Part shown: positions 1-9,499 of the stretch, piece after piece
How the letters are laid out: every line of letters begins with the position of its first letter
Position numbering within the stretch: the first letter of the stretch is position 1
Assembly: GCA_950097015.1 (NCBI GenBank)
Contig: CATNEN010000039.1
Coordinates: 620,001-684,000 of the forward strand
DNA: 64,000 nt
Source of the DNA: Macrostomum hystrix
Taxonomy: Eukaryota; Animalia; Platyhelminthes
Direction of reading: 5' to 3'
Position numbers and translations under genes: made by a program
Notes under the pieces: model-generated
The model's database searches: none
What the model saw: only the letters and a program-made list of their open reading frames with translations
Told to the model about the DNA's origin: nothing

Positions 1-745
1 CGTATCCGAAGTTAAGGACAATATAATAATCGCAAGCTCTAAAAATCTATTTAAATAAAGGCCAGGAACTCGAATTTGATAACTGTGCCATGTTTTTAGG
101 CAAATCTGCTCGCGCACATTAAATTGCTTTAACCGGCATGACTTGCCAAGCAAGACGAGACATCTAATAATTTAAAGAAATTAGCAATAGCAAGTTTAAA
201 ATAATTTGTCGCGATTGCATTAACATGTGCAGCAGAACGACATCTATAATCTCCTATATAGAAGGAAAACATGTAACTGTCATTATTAGACAATACACAT
301 ACTGGTCCATAACTATGGTTTGTTGATAAAGAAACGTTCGTGTAGTGTTTTTCGGAGTGGGTGCCAGTCTAATTTTTACTTTTAAAATTAAAACAAAATA
401 AAGAGTTTATATTATTGTAATGAACTTGTTCTGTAAGATCGTGTCAGTAAAAAAGTTAATTTTAGAAAAATAATAAAAAATGTTAAATATCTAGCTGACA
501 TGCAATCTATGACGAAGTCAATATTTGATTCACACTTTTATAGTATATTATATTTTTAAATAGCCGAATGTTCGTTCGAAAAAGAAATAGCTAATAAGCC
601 TATCATTTATTTATTGACAGTGATAGTAATTGCTAAGCCGCTAAGCGATTTTAACACCTGCTGGCGATTAGAAGTATTATAATTTTTCGTTATCATACAA
701 ATTGCTTTAAATTATACTAATTAGGTGTTATCTAAAATTTACGAA

Positions 746-968
746 ATGAGTTTGTATCGTAGAGCCACAATCACTGCCTCTTCGTCTCTGGCAAAAGTTG
801 CTTCAATTCCTACTCCATTTATAAAGAGTAGTATTCCCTTTTTGCCACCTTCTAAGAATGTAAAAAATGATTTTGGTGTTCAGGTTGCTCTTACACGCCA
901 GAGGGCAAAGTCCTTTTCACCTTTTGCTTCGACACCTGCCAATGTGTGCGTCATTACTGGGCTTCAAG
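746..968 (+). CDS. UQCRFS1: Rieske iron-sulfur protein (cytochrome bc1), exon 1: mitochondrial presequence region
   Basis: ATG at 746 gives MSLYRRATITASSS...VITGLQG, basic and S/T-rich like a presequence. The phase-1 donor G|GTAAG at 968/969 joins in frame to acceptor CCAG|GT at 12404/12405. Three exons give 278 aa. Confidence 0.8.
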
Positions 969-1521
969 GTAAGCGCTGCTTAATACTGATGATTTATCTA
1001 TTCATTTAATCATCTAGCTGTGTTTACCATATCTATACTTTTCCAGGCTTTTTTGTCTTGTTAAATTCATAGTATCTTGTATTTTTTACCTCTAATCAAA
1101 GACCTAGGTATAATTTTGCCTTATTGCTTGGTTAGGCCTATCAAAAATTAAGAAGATGTAGCTAACTAAAAGCAAACTTTTTTTTTGATAGTTTTTCATA
1201 TTTTTACATATAAAATATAGTATTGGAATAAAGTATAAGTATAGTATTTTTTAGCTTTTCTAGAAATAACCTACAAAAATTCTAGACTAGATCATGCTAG
1301 CCAAATCTGGAAAGAATTGGGCAAGCATTTTTCACTTAAAGTTTTGCTACAAATTTTAGTAGTAATTCCTAAAATAGATAGAAGCAAAACAATACTTTTT
1401 AAAGCTCTAGCATTATAGGCATTACATTTTTCATAATGTTTATTATGAAGTTTTTAAAAAACCAAAAAACAAAACATAAAAACACTGTAGATTACAAAAA
1501 ATACCTAGCAATCCAGAAAAA

Positions 1522-2334
1522 TGTCCTAGGGCTCTTACTAAATTCAATATTACTTCTTTAATAATGCCACCAAAGTTGCCGTAGGTCTAAATTAATTCTA
1601 CTGCTGTTACCAAAGTTGTTACAGGCCTTTTATACTTTTGTCAATCTTATGAATGTCTTTAATTATTCGCTTTATGTATTTCTTATCTCAATTCAAATTG
1701 GTAGCGTTTATGTATTCAAATATGGTAGCGTTATACTTTCAATATGGTAGCGTTATACTTTCAATATGGTAGCGTTATACTTTCAGTATGGCCGGTATCT
1801 TTACTGTATATTCCCTTCTGCTTATAACTGTATTATTTCTATAAGTACTTTGTATCAATCTTTATCCGTCTTTATCAGTCTTTATCCGTCTTTATCAGTC
1901 TCTCAATTATCATTCAGTTAACCTTCAATTCAATCTTCAGTTTAGTCTTTAATTTCAATCTTCAGTCCGTTTCATAGGGCTTTCCAGTGGATCTAGAGTT
2001 ACAGCTATCTTTCACTCTTATTACTCTCTTTCGCAATGTCTCTTCAAATAACTCTTTAACACGAACACTTTAACGATTCAAGCTTTCTTTATCAGAACGT
2101 ATGTGTATACAACACGTTAACACGTTGTCTGTCTCCCTGTTTTCTCTCGTGTATTTATAGTAAATTCTCCTACCATTCTGCGACTTCATTCAAACAATAA
2201 TTATTCGGTGCATTTAAACAAAAGGTGCTTTTAAAACAAATTAGTGCATTTAAACAAAAGTTGAATTTCAAACAAAATACTAAATTTTCGCGGGAAAACG
2301 TTTCTAAGAAATATACAGTCGGTGCCCTATCTCA
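1522..2334 (-). repeat. 3' LTR (813 bp)
   Basis: Matches 9500-10312 with no mismatch seen by eye. TGAG...GACA termini on the minus strand. Confidence 0.95.
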
Positions 2335-2339
2335 ACTGA

Positions 2340-2350
2340 CCTCCCTACTA
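2340..2350 (-). promoter_or_regulatory. Polypurine tract
   Basis: AGTAGGGGAGG lies a few nt before the 3' LTR on the minus strand. Confidence 0.7.
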
Positions 2351-2618
2351 GTCAGAATTGAACGCACGTACTGTAAGTGAAAATATGACTATTCAAAAAT
2401 AAAACATAGTAAGTGAGAATATAGCACATAAAAGAAAAGTGGCAAAAGCTATAAGTGAAAATATGACAAAACTATAGTTGAACATAGGCACATAAAAGTA
2501 TAGCACAGAAAATATGATGCAATTTGTACAAAATATGATGCTAAAATTGGGGTGCTAAAATCACAACGTAAACCTTCACCAAAAGAATTTAAGTCCTTAA
2601 CTGTCCTTTACTCATCAG

Positions 2619-3455
2619 TCAAAAAGCGCAGGGTGCCGGCAATGCTCGATAGTAGGGCCAGCGGATTTGTTGAAATAGCCATCTGAACTCCATGTTAGTC
2701 ACCTTCTTGTGTAGAACTGCCTCGCCGGTTGCTGCACTCTGGTGCACATTATGGGCGACAGCCTGCAGTGCGGTGACAGCTTGTTGCTGCGGCAGACCTT
2801 TCAGCGCTGTCGTACTCTTCCAAATTTGAGTACGCTGCGGGTACGACTGTTCGTAAGTATGGAATGCCACCCTTTCCATGTACGCTGTCAAGTCGTGCAC
2901 CATTCTCTCCCTCTCTTCATCTTCTGGCGTTGGTAGATTCTGCAGTGCAGGCGGTGTAGGTTGCGACATGGTGCGCGGCGGCGGTGTGGCAGGAGTCGGC
3001 TGCGACATGACATGCGTCGGCTGTGTGGCAGGAATCGGCTGCGACGGCGGTGTCGGCTTCAGCAGCACTCTCGGCTGCGGCGGCGGTGACGGCTTCGGTG
3101 GCAGTATTAGCTGTGTCTCTCTCCGAGCCCGGGATTCTAGTGGTGCTGGCCTTAGTTGCTTTGTTGGCCCAGCCGAGTGCCGATGAGGAACAGCTTCCGC
3201 CGAACGCGCTGGACCGCCAGTACTCAGGCGAACAACTGATTTTAGCTGCCGACCGGCGCTTGACGCCGGGACCAGTCTCGCTTGTTTTACCTCTACTGGA
3301 GATGGCGTGCGTGCCCTTTTCGTTGTCATGTTGGTCGCTATTGGCAGCTTTGGTCGGGTGCTGACTCGTTCCGGTGCGGCTGGCTCCATATTTTCCTGGG
3401 CTGGATTACCCTCGTTCAACAATTCTTCTAGAAACGTGTCTAGATCGCAATCCAT
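2619..3455 (-). CDS. Retroelement ORF3 in the env position; proline-rich, unknown function
   Basis: Intact 278-aa ORF between pol and the PPT, with AACAAAATGG start context and an upstream 3' splice site near 3544. No signal peptide or transmembrane segment. Confidence 0.7.
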   Translation of the reverse strand: MDCDLDTFLEELLNEGNPAQENMEPAAPERVSTRPKLPIATNMTTKRARTPSPVEVKQARLVPASSAGRQLKSVVRLSTGGPARSAEAVPHRHSAGPTKQLRPAPLESRARRETQLILPPKPSPPPQPRVLLKPTPPSQPIPATQPTHVMSQPTPATPPPRTMSQPTPPALQNLPTPEDEERERMVHDLTAYMERVAFHTYEQSYPQRTQIWKSTTALKGLPQQQAVTALQAVAHNVHQSAATGEAVLHKKVTNMEFRWLFQQIRWPYYRALPAPCAF

Positions 3456-3829
3456 TTTGTTTGTCTTATTAATGCAATTTACATGCGCAAGTCTCGCTCT
3501 CTTAGCTCGCCTTGAAGAATTTTCTCCAGCGGGCCCAGGGGGTCTGAGGATATAGAATTAAAACTGGACCGCATCATTGTGTTCGGGCTCCCCAGGGATC
3601 TGAGGGCCACTTTTGACACCTTTACTCAGCCGAGTCATAGATCACACTTATTTAATTTCACTTTCTGACTTTATCATTTACACTTACATTTTCATGTTTA
3701 GATTCTTTTTCAAGATCTCAATCTCCCGAATACATTGGTGTTTTTACTTTTTCAATATCATTTTCAGATCACAATTTATTTACTTTTTTAATTTTTCTTA
3801 CTTGAAATCTTAATCAATTAACATTGGCT

Positions 3830-6800
3830 TTAATGCAAATCTGTGTTAACTTGGCTCCCATTGTTCTCTATTGTTCTCGAATTACTGGGTAGATATCGCC
3901 TATACCTCTCGCGGGGCACAAATCCGTGTGTGACTGGCTGGGTATGACGCAATCTTCCCCTGCCTAGGGTAGGCTCTGCTGTGTCCGTTGGCTGCACGCG
4001 CTCACCTCGTGATCTCAGATTATATTCGTGTGTTCCTTTTGCCTGTACATTTCTTTCTTCTTCACGTTCAATCTCTGACTCATTCATGTTCATTTCCTCA
4101 GTCTTGTCCATTTCGCTGTCTGTTCCTTCTTGTTCTGACTCATTCGATTCTTCTTGCCTTTCGCTTTCATTGTCAGGGAATGCTTCCTGTTCTGCATACA
4201 TTTCATCTTCAGATTCTTCATTTGGCATATTAGCTCTCCATCTTATTCTGTCTTCTTCTTCGGATTCGTCTTCTTCTTCGTTAATGACAATTACATTATG
4301 TTTATTTTTATTTGAGGTGGCCTGACCTCCCTTAACTTTTGACCGTGTGGTGTGACTAGTTTTGTGACCTCCCTTTCTTGTTTGTTCTGCGGATTGCAAT
4401 GTGATTTGTGTATTTGGCACTGGTGTAATGTTATTTCTATGCACAATTAATTTCTCTCCTACTCTTTCTCCTTCGATTTCTCTCTGAACACGATAAACTG
4501 TGTCGGATAACTGAGCAAGTACTCGGTACGCGGCTCGCTTTTTCCTGTGAAATTTATGACTCTCATCTTGATGTAACTGCGGATTATTTAACAATACAAT
4601 TCCTCCAATAATAATTTCTTTTGGCTTCTTGGCAACTTCGGCCTTTTCTTTTCTTTGTTCATTAATCTTCTCTAGCTTCTGTTTGACAATTTTACTAGCT
4701 TTCTCCAATCTTTCGGCATGGTCTTTTACATAACTAGGATAGTTAGCGAATTCGTGCGGTCTTTTGACTATATTGTCTATGGGCAAAGTTGCTTCACGCC
4801 CAAATAATAGATAATGAGGCGAAAATCCGGTAGATTGATTAATACTCGTTCGCACTGCTACGAGCGCGGCTGGAATCATGAGATCCCAATCAGAGTGATC
4901 CTTGTTAATCAGACATGTAACTATCGATTTGACTTGTCCATTAAATCGTTCAACTAAGCCGTTACTTTGAGCATGGTAGGGTGTGGTGCACGTGTGCTTG
5001 ATCCCATACAGCTCACAAAATGCTTGAAATTGTCGGCTAGTAAATGACTTTCCATTATCAGTATGGATCCATTTGCATTGTCCGTATTCTGCGAATACTC
5101 TTTCTTGTAATATCTTGATCACAGTATCTGATTTCTGGTTCCTGGTCGGAAAAGCGAATGGGAATCTAGTTGTACTATCGACTATTGTCAGTACATACTT
5201 GTGCCCTCTTCTGCTGTCCTTGGACACAGGTCCAATAAAATCTATATGGAGGCGCTCAAACGGCTCACAAATCGGAAAATTCTGCACAGGTGCTGGGATA
5301 CGCTGTCCCGCTTTACTCTCTAAACACGTTATACACTCTGAAACGTACTTCTCAATTGCAGTGACTAGTCCGGGTCTCCAAAACCGTTCACGCACTCTCT
5401 GCGTGGTTTTATCACGGCCTAGGTGACCTGCCAATGGGCTGTCATGCAGTTCTCTAAACACAGCTTTTTCAATGCTCTTTGGCAACACAATTTTTCTGAT
5501 TCCTTCTTCTTGAATCGTCAATAACTCATCTTCGAACTTCATCTGTTCGTAGTACTTTAACATCTTCTTCAATTCTTCTGACAATTTGTCTTCTGTCGGT
5601 TTTTCTACTGCATTCTTCTTCCAATTTATCAGTGTTCTCACTGAGGAGTCTTCTTGCTGGGCTTGCACCAACTGCTCCTTCTTGAGTGGAACCTCGAGAT
5701 AATCAGTAAGAAGTTTCCGACATCTCTCTTCTTCAACTTCTTCATCTTCAACGTAATCTCTCGCATCTTCGAATACATCATCATCATCTTCATCATTTTC
5801 GTCATCTTCATCATCTTCCTGTACTTTCTGCTCTTTGAGAATCTCCAGATCAGTCTGACAGCTTTGATGCTTCAGTGAGCTTCTGCTAGTCAACTGTTTT
5901 GCTGGCATCTCCTTCTCAATTACACGATCATTGCGGACATCGGTGCCGGTTTCCTCGATTTCTTCAGGTGGCTGAATCAGTCCTACCAGGCTGTCTGGTA
6001 AGCTCACCTTCGGTTCACTTCCTTTCAATTCTAATTCAGAGTCCATTTTTCGGTCAATTTGTGTTGGCTTTGTAATTTCGGTCTCAGCAGGTCGTCGGGA
6101 TAGACTGTCAGCGTTGCTGTGCTTGCTGCCCGAACGATGCTCGATGTCATACTGGAACTCGCTTAGCCGCTCGATCCAACGACCAAGAATTCCTTGCGCT
6201 TCAGTCTGGCGTAGAAGCCATAGGATCGCCTTGTGATCAGTGCGGGCTAAGAATCGCTTGCCAATGAGATAAAATCGAAAGTGCTTCATCCCATCAACCA
6301 ATGCTAACAACTCTTTTCTGGTGATAGGATATCTCTTTTCAGAATCTTTCATAGCTCGGCTAAAGTACGCAATCGGCCTTTCAGTGCCGTCGGACTGTAT
6401 CTGTCCAAGACAGGCGCCGATTCGATTGTCGCTAGCATCGACATCTAGGACCATTCGTACTTTTTCATTCTCAGAAAACTCTGGATAGGCAAGCACTTCA
6501 GTGGACATTAACTTTTGCTTTAACAGTTCAAATGACTCAGTATGTACTTTAGTCCATTTTTCTTTGAAATTCTGCACTCCCTTCTTAGTTAATTGAAATA
6601 ATGGGTGTGCGGCATCAGCATAATTCTTAACAAATCGGCAATAGTAATTGCATAATCCAAGGAAGCTTCTTAGTTCTTTAACATCTTTAGGCACTGGCCA
6701 AGTTCTAATAGCCTCGATCTTCGCCGGGTCTGTTCTTATTCCATCGACTCCGACTACATGTCCTAAGTACTTTAGTTCTTGCTGAAACAAGTTGCACTTT

Positions 6801-8443
6801 TTAGGTCTTAGTTTCAATCCAGCTGTTATCAATCTTTGAAATACTTCTTTCAAATGACTGAGATGTTCTTCAAAAGTCTTAGAGTAAGTCACTATGTCAT
6901 CAATGTAAGACATGGCAAACTTATGCTGAATGCCAGTCAGGACTAGGTTCATCAGTCTTTGAAAAGTACCGGGCGCATTAGACAGTCCTTGCGCCATGAC
7001 TTGATATTCAAATTGGCCTCTCGTTAACGTAGAAAATGCTGTCATGTACTTGTGTTCCTCCTTTATGGGAACTTGCCAATAGCCCGAATTAAGGTCAAGG
7101 CTGCTGAAGTACTGGCTTCCGGTTAGATGTGAGAATGTCTCCTGGATGTTCGGTAGAGGATATGGATAATAATTCACTCTTGAGTTTAGAACTCGAAAAT
7201 CACTGACAATTCTGATGGTTCCATCCTTCTTAGGTACGATGACCAATGGTGTTGAATAAGTACTATAGCTTGGTCTTATCAAGTTCTTAGCGAGCATGTC
7301 GTCTAATTGATCATCCACTTGTTTTTGCAAATGCGGCGGAATCCGTCTGGTAGGAATTCGAACCGGTGTGGTGTCTTTCAATGAGATTTCGTGGGTCACC
7401 AGGTGGGTCAGACCCATTTCTTGGCTGGTCTGAGAGAATGCCTCTCTATGCTCTTTTATCAACTCGATAACTTGGTCTTTCTGTTTATCAGTCAAATCTT
7501 CTCCTAGATTGATCTCAGTGATCCAATCTTCTTGGCTTAATTGCTCGCATTTCGCAGTCTTCACATGTTCGCTGGGTTTGACTTTTTCTGCTTGTTCTTG
7601 CTCGGCATAGTAAGTTAAGTCTTTAGCTTGCAATGGCTTGGCAAATCCGATAATCGTAGATCTCGATAGCGGTATGTCGTCACTCTGCTTATTAATAACT
7701 TCAATGACTCCTATTCCATTACTCATGGTTACTAGAGTCGGTATTACATCCAAAGTACCTTTCTTGGTGTTGATCTGTCCTCTGATTGGTTCAATAGTCA
7801 TTGGCGTGCCATAATTGGCTTCGGCATTTTTCGGCAATTTAACAGAAATTCTAAGTGCACTATTAGCTGGCACAATTACTTTTTCAGAGCAATATACTCG
7901 ACAAACACGAACTGGCAATTTAGTAAATTGAATTGGAATGCACATATTACTTCTTAGTACAAGCATGCCTGTGGCAAAGTTAATATTATTGCAATAATCT
8001 TGGAAAAATTCCATCCCTAGGATATCGTCACAGTCGTGATGGCACAAGAGAAATTCGGTCTCAATTTCAACTTCTCCAAATTTTACTTTAACAGTTACTT
8101 CTCCTGCAATCTTTACAGTTGCTCCATCAAACGTGGTCACTCTTCGATTGCTTGGCTCAATTTCATTGTCTTTAACCATCTTCTTCCAGGAGTTCTTTCC
8201 TAGGAAGTTATGTCCTGCACCAGTGTCTAGCAAAAATGTTACTTTCTGATTCCGAATCTCGCCTTTCACAACTGCTTCACGACCTTTCTTCTCTGCACTA
8301 GATTCAGTTTGTACTTTCTCAGAGCTTACATTATCATTTACATTAGGTTTCTGCTTATTACTTGCCAGTTTAATTGAGGCCTGAGTTTCGCTGGCTGTAC
8401 TTTTAGAGGGGCGTGGCCTCGCATCTCGTCCCTCACGAATCAG
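3830..8443 (-). CDS. pol: Pol polyprotein (protease, RT, RNase H, integrase), reached by -1 frameshift
   Basis: LLDTGA protease, YIDD RT, DVDAS...ELLA RNase H, HHCC zinc finger and DDE integrase. The frame is open from the slippery site at 8443 down to the listed ORF start at 8269. Confidence 0.96.
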   Translation of the reverse strand: MIREGRDARPRPSKSTASETQASIKLASNKQKPNVNDNVSSEKVQTESSAEKKGREAVVKGEIRNQKVTFLLDTGAGHNFLGKNSWKKMVKDNEIEPSNRRVTTFDGATVKIAGEVTVKVKFGEVEIETEFLLCHHDCDDILGMEFFQDYCNNINFATGMLVLRSNMCIPIQFTKLPVRVCRVYCSEKVIVPANSALRISVKLPKNAEANYGTPMTIEPIRGQINTKKGTLDVIPTLVTMSNGIGVIEVINKQSDDIPLSRSTIIGFAKPLQAKDLTYYAEQEQAEKVKPSEHVKTAKCEQLSQEDWITEINLGEDLTDKQKDQVIELIKEHREAFSQTSQEMGLTHLVTHEISLKDTTPVRIPTRRIPPHLQKQVDDQLDDMLAKNLIRPSYSTYSTPLVIVPKKDGTIRIVSDFRVLNSRVNYYPYPLPNIQETFSHLTGSQYFSSLDLNSGYWQVPIKEEHKYMTAFSTLTRGQFEYQVMAQGLSNAPGTFQRLMNLVLTGIQHKFAMSYIDDIVTYSKTFEEHLSHLKEVFQRLITAGLKLRPKKCNLFQQELKYLGHVVGVDGIRTDPAKIEAIRTWPVPKDVKELRSFLGLCNYYCRFVKNYADAAHPLFQLTKKGVQNFKEKWTKVHTESFELLKQKLMSTEVLAYPEFSENEKVRMVLDVDASDNRIGACLGQIQSDGTERPIAYFSRAMKDSEKRYPITRKELLALVDGMKHFRFYLIGKRFLARTDHKAILWLLRQTEAQGILGRWIERLSEFQYDIEHRSGSKHSNADSLSRRPAETEITKPTQIDRKMDSELELKGSEPKVSLPDSLVGLIQPPEEIEETGTDVRNDRVIEKEMPAKQLTSRSSLKHQSCQTDLEILKEQKVQEDDEDDENDEDDDDVFEDARDYVEDEEVEEERCRKLLTDYLEVPLKKEQLVQAQQEDSSVRTLINWKKNAVEKPTEDKLSEELKKMLKYYEQMKFEDELLTIQEEGIRKIVLPKSIEKAVFRELHDSPLAGHLGRDKTTQRVRERFWRPGLVTAIEKYVSECITCLESKAGQRIPAPVQNFPICEPFERLHIDFIGPVSKDSRRGHKYVLTIVDSTTRFPFAFPTRNQKSDTVIKILQERVFAEYGQCKWIHTDNGKSFTSRQFQAFCELYGIKHTCTTPYHAQSNGLVERFNGQVKSIVTCLINKDHSDWDLMIPAALVAVRTSINQSTGFSPHYLLFGREATLPIDNIVKRPHEFANYPSYVKDHAERLEKASKIVKQKLEKINEQRKEKAEVAKKPKEIIIGGIVLLNNPQLHQDESHKFHRKKRAAYRVLAQLSDTVYRVQREIEGERVGEKLIVHRNNITPVPNTQITLQSAEQTRKGGHKTSHTTRSKVKGGQATSNKNKHNVIVINEEEDESEEEDRIRWRANMPNEESEDEMYAEQEAFPDNESERQEESNESEQEGTDSEMDKTEEMNMNESEIEREEERNVQAKGTHEYNLRSRGERVQPTDTAEPTLGRGRLRHTQPVTHGFVPRERYRRYLPSNSRTIENNGSQVNTDLH

Positions 8444-8449
8444 TTTCCC
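8405..8449 (-). promoter_or_regulatory. -1 ribosomal frameshift signal
   Basis: G GGA AAC heptamer (8449-8443) directly before the gag TGA, followed by a GAGGG...CCCTC stem. Pol is in the -1 frame. Confidence 0.85.
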
Positions 8450-9459
8450 TGATTCTGCGCCTGCGGCTGGTTCTGCCGAGGAGCTCTGCAGTGTTTCGCG
8501 ATGTGTCCTGTCTTACGGCAATTGTAGCAAGTTAGTGGAGGTCTCGCCTGCTGCTGCTGGGACTGCCACTGCCTCTGCTGCTGTTGCTGTGGGTATTGCT
8601 GCTGTGTCGGTCGCTGAAATTGCTGCTGCCGATATTGCGGCTGCTGATATGGCTGACGCTGCTGGTATTGCTGTTGTTGCTGACCATTTGGCCGGTACGA
8701 GTTTGCAGCCTGAGCATAAGTCTGTTGTTGCTGTTTGTTGGCCATCAGTTCTTGTAGTGTCTTCTTCTGCAATTCGAGCTGAGCTTGCTGCTGTCTGATG
8801 ACTTCCTCCAGTCGATCTTGTTCGTTTCGTCTTCGCTCGAGTTCTTCCTCGCCCTTGGCCATTCTCATGCCGATGTTCCGATGAGTCATATTCCATGCAG
8901 CTTCCATCCGTCTTAACATTCGTCTGGCCTCCTGTAGGTTAGCAGGCTGAGCAAAGATCAATTTCTCTCGCGTTTCAGCGGATATTCTTACTCCTTTAAT
9001 AAACTGTTCCACGATCTCTTCTTCCTTCTGTTCCATATTCATGTTTGGAAAAGCTCTAGCAGCTAATTCAATCAGACAATCAGAGAAGGTTTCGACTGAC
9101 TCATTCTTACTCTGCATTCGTCCTCTGAATTCTTCACGGAATTCGGCGGAGCTGCCGATTCTTCCGAATCGTTCCATTAATCTGTCTTTAAATTCTTCAT
9201 ATTCCAAATCATCTGGAAGATTCAATCTTTGCACTGCGGCAAAAGCTGTGGTTAGGTCTAAATTGGCCAACAATTCTTGCTTTCTATTGTCTTCCTCAAT
9301 ACCTTCTGCTTCACAGCGTTGATCAAAGGCGGTAAGCCAGATTCTGATATCTTGTCCAGGTGTGAACTTTTGAATTTTTACATGACGCATAGGTCCAATC
9401 TCGAGTCGATTTCTCAACTCTTCTGCCAACATAGCGATTGCATCTTGTGCTTGATTCAT
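8440..9459 (-). CDS. gag: Gag (capsid-like domain, Q-rich linker, one CCHC zinc knuckle)
   Basis: 339-aa ORF starting 24 nt after the PBS, with the knuckle CYNCRKTGHIAKHC. Confidence 0.93.
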   Translation of the reverse strand: MNQAQDAIAMLAEELRNRLEIGPMRHVKIQKFTPGQDIRIWLTAFDQRCEAEGIEEDNRKQELLANLDLTTAFAAVQRLNLPDDLEYEEFKDRLMERFGRIGSSAEFREEFRGRMQSKNESVETFSDCLIELAARAFPNMNMEQKEEEIVEQFIKGVRISAETREKLIFAQPANLQEARRMLRRMEAAWNMTHRNIGMRMAKGEEELERRRNEQDRLEEVIRQQQAQLELQKKTLQELMANKQQQQTYAQAANSYRPNGQQQQQYQQRQPYQQPQYRQQQFQRPTQQQYPQQQQQRQWQSQQQQARPPLTCYNCRKTGHIAKHCRAPRQNQPQAQNQGN

Positions 9460-9482
9460 CTTGCGCTGTTTCTAGATCCTTT

Positions 9483-9495
9483 ACCGCTGCCACCA
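9483..9495 (-). promoter_or_regulatory. Primer binding site, tRNA-Leu type
   Basis: TGGTGGCAGCGGT lies 4 nt after the 5' LTR and is complementary to the ...ACCGCTGCCA-CCA 3' end of metazoan tRNA-Leu(AAG/TAG). Confidence 0.85.
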
Positions 9496-9499
9496 AAGT

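Noticed and set aside
2590-2620. CTGATGAG hammerhead-like cores (minus strand here and near 53285; CTGAGGA at 3544)
   Set aside because: No correctly placed GAAA(C) or closing stems were found.
2619-3455. ORF3 as a canonical env gene
   Set aside because: No signal peptide, furin site plus fusion peptide, cysteine pattern, or transmembrane anchor.
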